From positions 5,704,001-5,768,000 of the forward strand of contig OZ038378.1 in the NCBI GenBank assembly GCA_964036045.1: 64,000 nucleotides of DNA, written 5' to 3'. Shown piece by piece: positions 49,366 through 61,007 of this stretch (the first letter of the stretch is position 1; every line of letters starts with the position of its first letter). A program made the translations under genes and the position numbers. The notes beneath the pieces were generated by a model. It searched no databases, was not told where the DNA came from, and saw only the letters and a program-made list of their open reading frames with translations. This stretch comes from Eutreptiella sp. 'Long Island Sound 2002' (Eukaryota; Protista; Euglenida).

Positions 49366-51299
49366 GGAGATAGCATATGGCACACCCATCACTGGTGAGA
49401 GGGTCCAGATAGAAAGAAAGAGTGGAATGGGAACAGGGTGTGAATCAACACATAGTATCGGCAATAGGCCAACCAACTTTAGCCCACTAAAGTGCAACAA
49501 GCCCAAAACGGTGCTTTTGAGGGCCAATGAGCACCCTTACGGGGGCTGAATCGGTGCTACATGGCTGCTAATGGGTTTACACGTACTCCCATTGTCACCA
49601 AATGATCAGCCAACAACAGCCTAGGTGTCCATGAGGACCATCAAGGGTTGGAAGGAAAATAGCACTTTTCACCCAACACACGTAGGCAATTTTTAGTGGG
49701 ATGGTCATTTCACGTCTTTCACACGGGCCATGACCGGCCCTAGGCCAAGCTAGAGGCTACAAACAACGTCCTTTGGTGTCCTAAAATGTGTATACTATCT
49801 CAACACCCCCAATTGCACCCCCACACTGGGTACCACGGAGTCACTAACTTGCCAACAACACTGACAGACCAAGCGGGGCACTCATCCCACTCCGCCCACA
49901 CAAATCCTATGGAGTCGGGAACCGAAAACAATTTTTTGACTCAAAATCGAAAACAACAAAAGATTCCACCCAATAAAGGGGGGGGGGGGGGTTTCAACAT
50001 TTGTTGACCTGCCCCCAGCCCCAGTCCCCCTTTAAAAAAAGGGGGTTTCAAGTTGGGGGGGGGGGGATGATTGGGCGATGCATGTATTGAACAAAACGGT
50101 AATTTTCACAAGGTGTTAAAGGGGGTAGGGTCGGCGAATAGGCCCAAATTAGGGGGGGGGGGGGGCTGAGGAGGAGGAGGAGGAGGAGGTGCCGGCAATT
50201 GGCGCAGGCCCCGTGCCATCGGATTGCCGGGAAAGGGTGCCCACTCCCCATGTCTCCACCACACGGATAGAGATGCAAGATCACAAACTAGACGATCCAC
50301 GTTCATCCCGGGGATAGGATGAACTGGGCTTGGTCTGGTCTCCAAACCAACGCCCCTGCTAAACCGGAGACACCTTGGCGACAAACCCAACCCGGGGCTT
50401 AGAAGCCAGGTCACGCGGATGCATAGCGGTCCCTGCCCACCAAAGTGTCCACTACGCGACATGTCTGATCGTCAGACACCGACGGTAGGTATTCCAGGAC
50501 CTTGGTGACAGCAAGGGATGCGCAAAACGAAGGCACAACGCATGCAAAACGGGCATGGCGCACATGGCGTACCCAAGGGGCTCCCCACTGAATAGGTGTT
50601 GATGGGAGGACGCCCCACCACCTGCAGCCGGGCAAACGGCTGGGTAATAGAGCACAGATGAGCAAAAGAGGAGCAGGCGAAAACTAAGCGCGCAAAGCGC
50701 ACATGGTGTGCCAAAGCGGGTCCCCACCGAATAGGTGTTCACGGGATGCCCGCCCCACCATCCGCTTGTAGATAGGCAAGAGCAAAGTGTGCAAAGCGCA
50801 GATGGTTGACAGTGGTGACAGCATTCCCGCTTGCTGAGCAAGGGGGGACACGGATTATCCACCGCCAAATCCCTAGCACATGGAGAGAGCCCTTGTGCCC
50901 ACGAGCCCATCGCTCCAGCGCCCAGCATCACGGCGTGGCGGGTGGCCTACCGGGAATTGGCAAAAGATCTTCAGAGCAATGCTGAGCCGCGGTAGCGAGG
51001 CTGCCCCCCTTGCTCCGGTCCGTTCACGCTGGGGAGACACCACCATGCCTCCACACCACGTCAAGGTGCCTGCCCCAAGAGTTGGAGGGGGTGGAGGGGG
51101 GGGGGATTTTTGGACCTAGGACTTGTGCCATTGGTTAGGGGGTCCATGGACAAAAAAAATTGTTGAGGACCTGGGTCTAAGTCAACGCAGGGTGGCCACA
51201 ATACGCAAAAAAAAATTTGACCCCCCCCCCATGACCAACCCCAACCCCCCCTCTCAAAAAAAAAGCACCTGGGGGGGATCGAAAAAAATCATTGGGGGA

Positions 51300-51440
51300 T
51301 CATTTTGTCTCCCAAAATGATGATTTTACAAGGGGTTGGACATCCGATACAATACCTTGGGGTATGCTACTCAAAAACCCCCAACATAGGGCAGTAGATG
51401 GCCAGTGCTTGATCTAACAACCTCTCTTCGAGGTGATTTG
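51300..51440 (+). repeat. Isolated tail of family B
   Basis: atgattttacaaggggttggacatccgatacaataccttggggtatgctac...cttgatctaacaacctctcttcgaggtgatt. Confidence 0.7.
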
Positions 51441-51798
51441 AAGGGTGCTCACCACCGCTGATGGGGGGGATGTAACACAGGGCTAGGGGGTTCCGGATCA
51501 CCAAGTGTTACCCATCAGTGGTGCGCAGCATGTTCAGGCATTCTGCAAGTTATTTCAGGGATTCACCGCCCGTGCAGTGCCTAGGCAGTGCTTTGCAATG
51601 GCTGTTTGTCCCACCAAAGCCGTGCTCTGGGGCCTAGGCACAGTTGTGCTGCAAACTTTCTCCCTTGCCCACGGTTGGACCACTGTTATCCTCGTTGGGT
51701 GATGTCCACGGCCGCAAAAGGTGCCTCAACGCACCCATGCAAACCAACGTATGACCACATGGGAATGTATGGAATGATGCACGGACGGCGAAACATAC

Positions 51799-52017
51799 CT
51801 TGGACACCATGTGCCAGTAAATGCATCCCAGACCTTCAAAACCAAACATTGTGCCAGAACGCCCAGTGAACGCCCGGTGGTTGAACACCAATTCATACAA
51901 GTTCAATAGCTCTGTGGTGTGGTTCTTCAATCCAGGAGACTGGGTGCTTTCGATGGCAGCCTTCAATTCCTTGGCGTTGCTGATGTTGGAGTCGAAGCGC
52001 AAATCACCCTTGGGGTC
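51799..52017 (-). CDS. GH149-like phosphorylase exon
   Basis: ctgcag|GAC ... AAG|GT; 73 codons; VFNHRAFTGRSGTMFGFEGLGCIYWHMVSK. Confidence 0.9.
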
Positions 52018-52908
52018 CTGCAGTGACACAAGAAATGCTGTTCACACTGCTGGCATCGGCAAGCACTGTTGGCAGTGCGAGGGGTGGGCCATGAAGGCAT
52101 CCAGGTGGACCAGCCAGAACACGTGGTGTTACGTCTTTGCAGTGGGGTGTAGCACCTGCCTTGAATGGCACAGGCTCACTGAAAAACACGGGGTACTTCA
52201 CCGACAACCCAGGGATCAAGTAGCCCAAGATACCCAACATACCCCAGCGACAAACTATGCAGCCAGCCTAACCAAGGGGCTCACAGGGGCAAGAAAATGC
52301 AGGCCCGCCAAGACACCTGGCACATCTTTCAGGAACCTGGACCTGCCAAAAATGGTGCACCTCGGTGGTTGCTGGTGACTGACCAGGCCTGCCAGTGCAG
52401 AACACAGGTGAGAGGTGCAATCTGCAAGAAAAAAGGGGTGCCGTTGGCTGCTGAGGTGGGGGGTGGGGCGGGGGGCGGGGGGCGGGGGGGTCTGCTCTGG
52501 TGGGGGAGGAAAAGCATATGGGAGATCTCTCGGCCCATTTTGCCATGGAAAAGGAAGTAAAAAACACATTTTTGCAGAGTGCTCCTCGACCACTTGGGAT
52601 GCTTCAAAAAGTATCTTAACGTACGGACCCTGTGTTAACCCTTGCTGCCCCATGCATTGACACATCCTATGCCACCACCACAAAGTGTTTTTTCGAAGGG
52701 CTCATGAACTGCATTGCCTCCGAGGCAGTGCACCAACATATACTGCTGGCCAGCCTCAATTCAACCCAGTGGAAGTCTTTTGATGCACAGGGCTTCTATT
52801 CTCAGGATGGGGATTAGATCCCCTTTTGACTGAATCCCACTCTGGTCCAGAACCCTATTCCCCATGCGGTTGATGTCCTTGCTGACATCCTTCACCCACA
52901 AAACACAC

Positions 52909-53219
52909 CTTGTACAAAATCTTTGTCAGCTTCTGCTCCAAGCAATACTTCACAGCAGGGCTATCAATCTTCTCGGCCGGGATCTTGTTGCGCTCCATGA
53001 ACCCCTTCAACTTACGGTCAGGATACAGCATGAATGTATGCTGATCCTTTCGGTACATGCTGCTTGCGTACATGCTCTTGAACAAGGCTGCAGCCTCCTC
53101 TCCTTTCACCCGCCCAGAGCTCAGGACAGAGACCTGCCCTTCCAGCATGGGGTACAAGTAGGAGATCTCTGCAGTGTCAGAGCCCAGCGTCAACAAGTTG
53201 TAGGCGTGGTAGATGCCCT
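52909..53219 (-). CDS. GH149-like phosphorylase exon
   Basis: gtgcag|AG (phase 1) ... AAG|GT; GIYHAYNL, LYPMLEGQVSVLSSG, FMLYPDR. Confidence 0.9.
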
Positions 53220-54514
53220 CTGCACGGTTGAGAGGGAGCAGACGACAAGGGTAGGCTACAGAAAAGACGTTTCTCAGCACAAAAACACACCAAACCACAG
53301 CCATGCACAATAGCTGCCCTGCAGGGCTGGGAGAAAATATTTGATGTCAAAACCAATGAGTTGCCAGGCAACAGTCAATCAGCTGAACAGGCAGGTGGCC
53401 AAAGAAAAAGGTATGCTTGGAGCAACGTGTGTGAAGCAAAGAGAATGAACCAACAATAATTCTGTCCAAACGTCCTGGCAATGTATCAGCAGTCGACCAG
53501 TCAACGTGGAAATTGGGCAAGGTTGGTCAAGATGTGACATTTACATGAATGCAGAGGCTTGCAGGTCAACGCATGTAGCTGCAAGTAGGTCGAGGTCAAC
53601 GTATTCGAAGTAGGTCAATATGCTATGCAGGGGGGCAAGATGCAAATGAGGCCCATGAACAGCTGTAAGTGGCAATTGTAGTGGCAGCCAGGGGGGCAGG
53701 GGGGGGGGGGACTACAACCGGTCCTGATGCGACACCCCCCCCAGCTATCTGTCAAAACTTTGGGGGGGCAGTTGGGGGGGGGGGGGGCAGCTAGAGGGTG
53801 TGGGTGGGGGGGGGGTTTGGCCGCCGGGGGGGGGGGTTCCCAAGGGTGGGGGGGCCTAGGAAGAACTCCGAATGCAGGATCTTCACTTCACCCCCTGAAA
53901 GTTTTGGAACTGCACTGGAGGCAGGGAAGAGCTTCAAATGCAGGATCTTCACTTCACAGTCAACGACACTCGTATAGCACCTTGTCTCACTAATCTTGCG
54001 CTCAAAACATGCATGGTTTGATGAAAGGGAAGCATGCACAAAAAAAAATCCCGCGGCGTTGGCGCCACAGCCCCCAAACAACTCTCTCTCAAAACCCGGG
54101 GGGGAGGGCTGGGGGGTGTCCCATACGGTGGTCTCTAATGCCAAAAAAAGAAAGTGCTGGACACTACTATGCTGCAATCCCAAAGAACAAGGGGGTTGAT
54201 GAGTGACTGCTATTGCTCAGCTGCCCACAATTGCGGGTCGATCATCAAGCTCTGCAAGCCAGCCACCACTGCAGTCTCTGGAATACCAGCTGCTTGTGCT
54301 GAATTGCCACTGTCAGGGTGTTCCTTTTGCGAGTGCCCAATTTCTGGGGAACGGACCCCAAAGGAGAGTATTTAATGAATCTGGCAGGTTGGAATTGATT
54401 GCATTGGCACACACACAAACATGTTGCCTGTTTTGACAGAGAACGGTCGCATTGGTTATGGGTTATTTGTTCAGACCAGACCATTCAGATGCCTGCACTC
54501 CAATGCAATGTTCA

Positions 54515-54900
54515 TTACCTACTCAGGGCAAGCCTCCAGGGTAGGGAAAGCCCCCCCCCCCTGATTTTGCTCAAGCTGGGGCTCAGAGAGCGCATTGTGC
54601 GCTGCGCGCAAATGCCCTTTTGGACCACACACCAGCCGACGTTGTGGTCGAAGGAACAAATCATAAGGCCAATCACATTGTTATGCTGTGAGCTACTACC
54701 TGGCACTGTGCTGCCCATTGCATTTGGTGTTTTGAGTGGTTGGTCCACTCCACTGCCAACCAGGTGTTTTGCAAAATGCCTGCTTCCAAGGGCACTGACT
54801 GGCGTGCTGCTTTCAACAGTCTTGGGGTGCACTATTTGCAGAACTGCACGCAAACCAGTGACATGGAGGAGATGTGGGGAAGAAATGTTAATCAAATTTA
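54515..54900 (-). mobile_element. Decayed RLE-type non-LTR retroelement remnant (intronic)
   Basis: QCPWKQAFC...KCNG in one frame, then QHNNVIGLMICSFDHNVGWCVVQK, resembling RHNxV.....GWxV. Confidence 0.35.
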
Positions 54901-55357
54901 AAAGCGCACTTCACAGATGGCTTGTTGTCCTGTATTTTCTTGTTGAAGTGTCCCAAAAAATGGTGCCTTGATGATTTCAGTCCAAAACAGGAACTTCTCC
55001 AATTCATACTTTCTGGCGCCTGTTTGCTTCCGCTTTTATCCTGCAGGCTTGGCATGGTGGGCCCTTGCAGCGTTATCCCCCCCCCTGTCTTGGCGTTGAA
55101 GTTTGCAGGAATTGTTGCTGGCAGGGGTTCGTGTCTCTGTTGTGTTGGGAGCATCTGTCCTGGTCTAGCAACGCAAAGGCAATATCACACCATATTGAAG
55201 CCGCATTTCCTTTGCAATTCAGCTATCTAGTGGCAAGCTTGATAGGGAATCTTCTGAAATGGAAGCAAAGCCTTCATTTGGGGGGGTAAAAAGCTACAGC
55301 TATCCTCTCAAGCACCGAAGCCCAAGACTTTTCCGGCTAAACACTGCAACGGAGAAC

Positions 55358-55583
55358 CTGGCAAACGGTTCTGTTCAATGGAATGGTCAATGAACTTGAG
55401 CAAGCACTCCAAGAAGGCCACAATTTTCGGGGTATCCACTGAGGTCTTCTTTCCACTAAAGCCCTTCTCATAAACCTTCAATCGGTATTGAGAGGCCACA
55501 TTTCCCAAGAGATCCAAGATCTTACGCCGGTCGTGCTCATTGATTGCTGCTCCACCAATGAGGTTCACATGATCAGCGTACAC
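55358..55583 (-). CDS. GH149-like phosphorylase exon
   Basis: tttttgtccacag|GTG ... CCAG|GT (phase 1); DRRKILDLLG..ASQYRLKVYEKGFSGKK; joins the next exon as NRLPEGIYHAYN. Confidence 0.88.
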
Positions 55584-56883
55584 CTGTGGACAAAAAAGGA
55601 AAGCCGTTGTTTTGCAATTGGGTCGTCAGGCCTACTAGGCTCTTGGATGCTTCGCTACTTTCTCCAGTTTCCCGGCGTCCAGGGAGCACTGTTTTAGGAC
55701 CGCAGCGTGAGATGGGGTTCCAGGCAGAGGATCTAAATAAGCACCTCTGTTCCCTTGACTGGGTGGAAATTGAATGTGTGAGCTTTTTTCCTCATCATCC
55801 CGTCCCCTCCTTCAGGGGACTCAGACAACTCCCCCTTCGTACACCCTTTGGGGGAATGTTCACCTGGCGCATGCCCGGCGCGCTACCTTTGTATTAAGTA
55901 TCCTATCTCTGGCCCCAAGTTTATCCTCACCCAGGGAAGCCCCCCAAGTAGACCGCACTAGACCGCAAACCTTCCCTGCAAAACACCTTGCATAAGCTGA
56001 CATATGAGAATTCAACAACACAAAATGTCACTCCCACCACTTCCAACCACCACCCTTGCCATCGTCAGAAACTGGGTGCAAAGGATGGGCCAGATTCTTA
56101 GACACAGGGAGAAGGTCCTCCAGTGAGGGGGGGGGGGGGGGGACAGGCACGGGTGGGGAATGGTAAAAAAAGATGCCCGGCGCGTGCCCGGCGCACTATT
56201 ACTCCCCCTTTGTCACCTCCCCTTGCACAAGCACTGCCTGGGAGCTCTGGCCCAACGTCATGTTTTACCATCCAGGTATATTTGGACACACCAGCTTGGC
56301 ACACCAGCACTTGTCGTGCACTTTCAAGTTGAACACTGGGCTGGCAATGGCCGCTTTTCAGCACAGCCACAACGTGGATTCGGAGCTGGAAACATGGCTC
56401 AATCACATTCCTTTGCACTTTGGACAGAACAAATGCAGACCAGCACAACTGTGCTCAGAGCCAGCTTACCTCCAATACGACGTGTAGCCTCCCTGTCAGC
56501 CCCCATTGATCTCATTACCACTTTTCCCCACCAACAACCTCAACATGTTTGACAACTTCAACAACAATTCCAAAACCTGAGGTAATAGGGACGCAAAATG
56601 AGACGTTTGCAGAGGGGGTATTTTGCTCGGGTGTCTGTGTGTATACGTGTACTGTCATATGTTCAGTTTCGTTGAGTCAGACTGTTCCAAGGTCACGGAG
56701 TCAAGGTGAGGATTAAATACCAAATAGCACTATTCTTGGCTCATTGACTGTCGGCGTTATTCAATCTGAGGTTGGCGGTATTGTTCCATATTTCTCGACA
56801 TCACGCCTTTGGCGAAACATGAATCAGAACCCAACACGTTGCTGTCCATGCATCATCTCAGTGCTCTATGCCACTAGACACAC

Positions 56884-57243
56884 CTTGGCCAGGCCAGCCA
56901 GCCACTCTGCAACTTCCTCGGACATCTCCATCGCCTTTGTCACTGGCTTCAACAGATCAATCATGAAAGTCGTGTACCGTCGCATGTAGTACACTGTCAC
57001 CATGGAAAGCCCAAATCCAACAATGGCGTTGTTTGCATCGTTCCACTCAGGGCGTTGTGTGTTCAGCCAGATGCCTCCCTCAATCACAAAATTGGATGAC
57101 TTGGCTAACAATGGCACAAGCAGCTTCTCAGCCAAATTAACATGGTACACCGCATTGTTTGCATCCAGGACAAGCTTGGCGTCTGCGCCCATTGTCTGTT
57201 GCAGTTGGGCAATGTGATGATGCTTCTCCCAATTAAATGTGAT
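56884..57243 (-). CDS. GH149-like phosphorylase exon
   Basis: tcacag|ATC ... AAG|GT; 120 codons; EKLLVPLLAK.SNF..EGGIWLNTQRPEWNDANNAIVGFGLSMVT. Confidence 0.9.
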
Positions 57244-57329
57244 CTGTGAGACATTGAAAGGTGTTGAAATGTGACAATGGAACAGGGCCACACAATTCTT
57301 GGAAGATATTTGTACCCCCCCCCCCCTGC

Positions 57330-57830
57330 CTACTCCCTACTACCCTGCCACCCCCCCCCCCCCCGCTTGCAAACTCCCGGGGTAGCGCGCGACGGTCTCC
57401 CGGGTGGGGGGGGAGAGACGGTCACCAAGTGACGGTCTCCCGGGGGGGGGGGGGGGGGGATTGCAAGGGTATTTCAAGGCAAACTGTGGTACCCTCCACT
57501 GATGCAAGCAAAGAGAACACGTGTGAAGCGACGTTTGGGTTGATGCGGTGCCAATGTGTTTCATGCAACACAAATGTTATTGAGGATCCAAAGAAACGGT
57601 AAAGAACTTCTGGGTACAAGAATAACACACTTTGAACTGTTGCACATGCTCAGTTTGCATGACAGGCACGGGGTGTGTTGCACTGGCTGAAGAGGAGGAG
57701 GCAATGGCGTGCGGGGCTGGTTTGGCAGCCGCTTTAGCGCCCGCTTGCACAGCCAGACCAGTCCGTTTGGAGGCTGGCCTTTGGAGCGAGAATATCACAG
57801 AACACACACAGGTGCTTGACATACATGGCA
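57330..57830 (-). mobile_element. Element family E, copy 2 (linker + Cys-finger part, one in-frame stop)
   Basis: RTGLAVQAGAKAAAKPAP...TEHVQQFKVCYSC...*HLCCMKH...HTCSLCLHQWRVPQFALKYP; ends shared with 32440-32900. Confidence 0.6.
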
Positions 57831-57842
57831 TCAGCGCCCGTT

Positions 57843-58535
57843 TAAACGGACGCTTACGGACGCACCCCAAAACTGAAACGGACGCAAACGGACGCACCCA
57901 ATCTGGAAAAACATGTCATTGCTCACAACACACCACGTGCCCTCACAACTTCTACAATATGCAGGGAAAGTCAAAACAAAAAAAAGCAAAAAAAAATCTC
58001 CCCCGGCATCCCTGAACCTGCCCATGGTCCTGCAGAGTAACCCCACTGGGGTTTGAACCCAGGACTTTCCAGTTGCAGGACACTGCTTTAGTACTAGGGT
58101 AAGTTGTCAAATAGGTGGAGACGGCAACAAACACGCAAAGGACCATCTCTGACATACTTCTGCACAGGGGTGGTATTGATATTTGGTCTAATTTGGTTTT
58201 CATCCACTGTTGGGTTCTCCTAAAAAAGCTGAGTATTTCAAGTATAGAGACATGGGGTGAAAACCCAATTTTTCACCCTCTACTCAGTCAAGCAAAATTT
58301 CCTTAGGGCGCCTTTGGCGCCCATGGTCCGGCACTTCCAGGGGGGGGGGGGGAGTTGGCGTAAAGGGTCCGGTCCCGGCGGCCCCCCCGTGGGTGTCATG
58401 CTAGTCCAAGGCACTCTATGTGGCCGGCCATCATCCCTGCACAAACACACCCAAAAATCAAAACGGACGCAAACGGAGGCACTCAGAACTCAAAACGGAC
58501 GCGAACGGACGAGTACCCATATCAAAACGGACGCT
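57843..58535 (+). repeat. Two clusters of the AACGGACGC motif (57843-57900, 58458-58535)
   Basis: About 4 and 5 copies of (a/t)acggacgc at irregular spacing, same orientation. Confidence 0.7.
58041..58100 (-). ncRNA. tRNA-like remnant (pseudo-tRNA/SINE head)
   Basis: Minus strand TAGTACTAAAGCAGTGTCCTGCAACTGGAAAGTCCTGGGTTCAAACCCCAGTGG has an intact T-arm/B-box; no complete acceptor stem is visible. Confidence 0.45.
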
Positions 58536-59498
58536 AATGCCATGTATGGTGCTTGATTTGAAGTAATGGGAAAGCAATGCAAGGCCATGCGTAAAGCAGA
58601 TGGGCAACACAACCCAGCACAATACATGTTAACTAGAAAAACATGGAAGTGATGGGGGGGGGGGGGCTGGCAGATTGCAAGGGGTGGGAGTTTGCAAGGG
58701 GGGGGGGAGGGTAACGAACAAATGCTGGCAGCACCAGCACGTTAAAGCCACACAAAACAGTTAGGCTCTTCAGCTTACACAGATATCTGAGCATTTCGCC
58801 ATTGCAGCCATAATATAGCCTAGTATGTCAAATGGAAGGGTTGTCTCAATGCCTTACCAACCGTGCGGGGGGTACCATGCACTAGTGTCATGCAATCTGA
58901 ACTAATTCATTTTTATAACATGCGCCACTTTGTACCGCGCGCTCCAGTGCTGTGCAAATGCCACCAGCGCAGCTCCAACTGGGAACCATAGGTGTAAGTG
59001 ATCACTGGTTCCCAGATTCATTTTCTATGAATTTTTAAAAAAAATTTGTGCAAATTTTTGGTGATTTGCAACTGCAAAATGAATTCCAAGACCATTACAT
59101 TGTAAAAGACACAGAACTACAAATTCAAAATAGCTAAACTGCATGCTTGCTTGCAGATGATGCATCAGTTCCTGTTCATGCTCCGGCACATCTGGATCAA
59201 GGGGTTAGGCAACCTCTGCCTTGCATGGCTGCCATCTGGGTACTCTTCCTCTCTTAAAACAGAATCCGAGAAATTTACAAGAAGAAGGAAAAAACCGCAA
59301 TTCAACGGCGAGTTGAGATACTTGCCTACAACATGGTATCACATTCATGCATTGAAACCATTGTTCTCTGCAGAAAAAACGAAACCATGGCCAAGCTCAA
59401 TGTGCAAAGCGAAGGAGGGAGCAGCGTTACTCTCTCACCAAGCAAACAAACAATGGAGCATCGCTCGGACTTTCACTTCAGTGGGGGGGGGGGGGGGG

Positions 59499-59583
59499 CA
59501 GGGACTTGCTTGAGCGGGGGGGGGGGGGTCCAGGGGGAGGGGTCCCCCCCCCCTGCCGGAATGAAAATTAAAGCAAGTCCCTG
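59499..59583. mobile_element. 85-bp mini element with 13-bp perfect TIR CAGGGACTTGCTT
   Basis: 59499-59511 and 59571-59583 are exact reverse complements; flanks GGGGGGGG / GGGGGGAG. Confidence 0.6.
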
Positions 59584-60677
59584 GGGGGGAGGTCGGAGTC
59601 ATTAGAGCCCCTGGCTGTATGCCCCCCAGAAGGGCTTCAATAACCAGAGCCCTGAAACCAACGCAAGAACTTCCCAGGTTTCAATAGAGGGGGAAGGCAG
59701 GCGGGGGTGGGTGGGGGCGGGGGGGCGGGGTGGCACAAGGCCTCGGCATTAGGTTGTTTGCCTTTGGCGGCGCTATTGGCCTCTCACCACTGCTCATTCT
59801 GACCCACTGTGGGTCCGAACGTGTTTTGGTTGTGTCAACGGAGCCCTTAGATGACTTGTCCTGTTTGACTACTACAGGGTCGGCTGTCCCGGAGACGGGT
59901 CGGCCGTTGCCCATGCCATTGACCAGGTGCATTCAGATGCACACTCCGAGTCCATGCTGGGTTTGCCGACTCCAGCACTGACTTGTGCGCACTGGGGTGT
60001 GCATCTGCAGGAAAATTTTCCTGACAGGGGCTTCTACCAACCACAATGATTCTTTCCCTTTTTGTCCTTTCCTTCTCCTCCTTCTGCGCTCTGCACTGTT
60101 TTCGGCGAGCGCAGTCTGCCCTGTCCTGTTATCCCCCTTTGCTTGTCCCTCTCCCCGTGCCCAGTTTCCTCTGGGCCCTCCCTATTCGTTCTGCCCTGGG
60201 GGGCATTGGGTGGCGGGGGAGCATGTCCCAGTCTGGGCGTAGTTGCATGCTGTTTGATGGCATGTTGGCCTAAGCTGGCGCGGCGGTGGTAGACCATGCA
60301 CGTAGCACCCGCCGTCAGTCTAAAGGTTTGGGACCGGGGCTAGTTCCCCTTTGTACGTGTCCCCGCAGTTGGGGCGAGGGAGGATTCTGCCCCCCCCCCC
60401 CCCCACCCACCCCTGTAAAATTTATAAAGTTTCTGTTGGCACACATCACCCAGGGCCCGCGGTGCCCCAAGCGTCTTTTCTGGGCTGTCCTGTGCTGTGC
60501 TAGGCTGCCCAGTATTATTGTTGCATGGGTGTGCACATTCCGCCATTGTTGGTGTTGGTGTTGCTGCGGCGTTGGCGGAGCTGTAGGGGTAGTCGCTGGG
60601 GTGTGGTGTGTGTGTTGGGGGGGGGGGGGGGTCCATTCCGAGTGGTGTCAACGTTGCAGTTGGTGATGTGGTTTCGT

Positions 60678-61007
60678 GCAGCACTGGCAACCACATCAGT
60701 CCCAATTTCCGAGTCCTGACGGGGGGCTGTGTCCACCATTGGTGACCCTATCCCTCAGTTGCCGGGTCACGTGTGGTTCGGTCGCTGCCAACATTAGTGC
60801 CCTACCACTCTCTGGTCTCCCCCACATCTCCGTGCCCACGTGTGGATGTTGTGGTGTGTGGTGCGGCACTAGCAACCAAATCAGTCTCCATCTCTGAGTC
60901 CGCACGGGGCTCATCTGCCATCGGTGACCCTGTCCCTTAGTTACCACATTACCTATGGTTCGGGCGCCGCCAACATCAGTGCCCTTCCACTCTCATCTCC
61001 CCCACAT
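60678..61007. repeat. Degenerate ~185-bp tandem duplication
   Basis: gc(a/g)gcact(g/a)gcaacca...ggtgaccct...gccaacat(t/c)agtgccct.ccactctc at 60678 and 60863. Confidence 0.7.

Noticed and set aside
56098-56552. Extra GH149 exon in the 1.3-kb intron
   Set aside because: Flanking exons already join seamlessly (GLAK|VYADH), and these ORFs have no family motifs.
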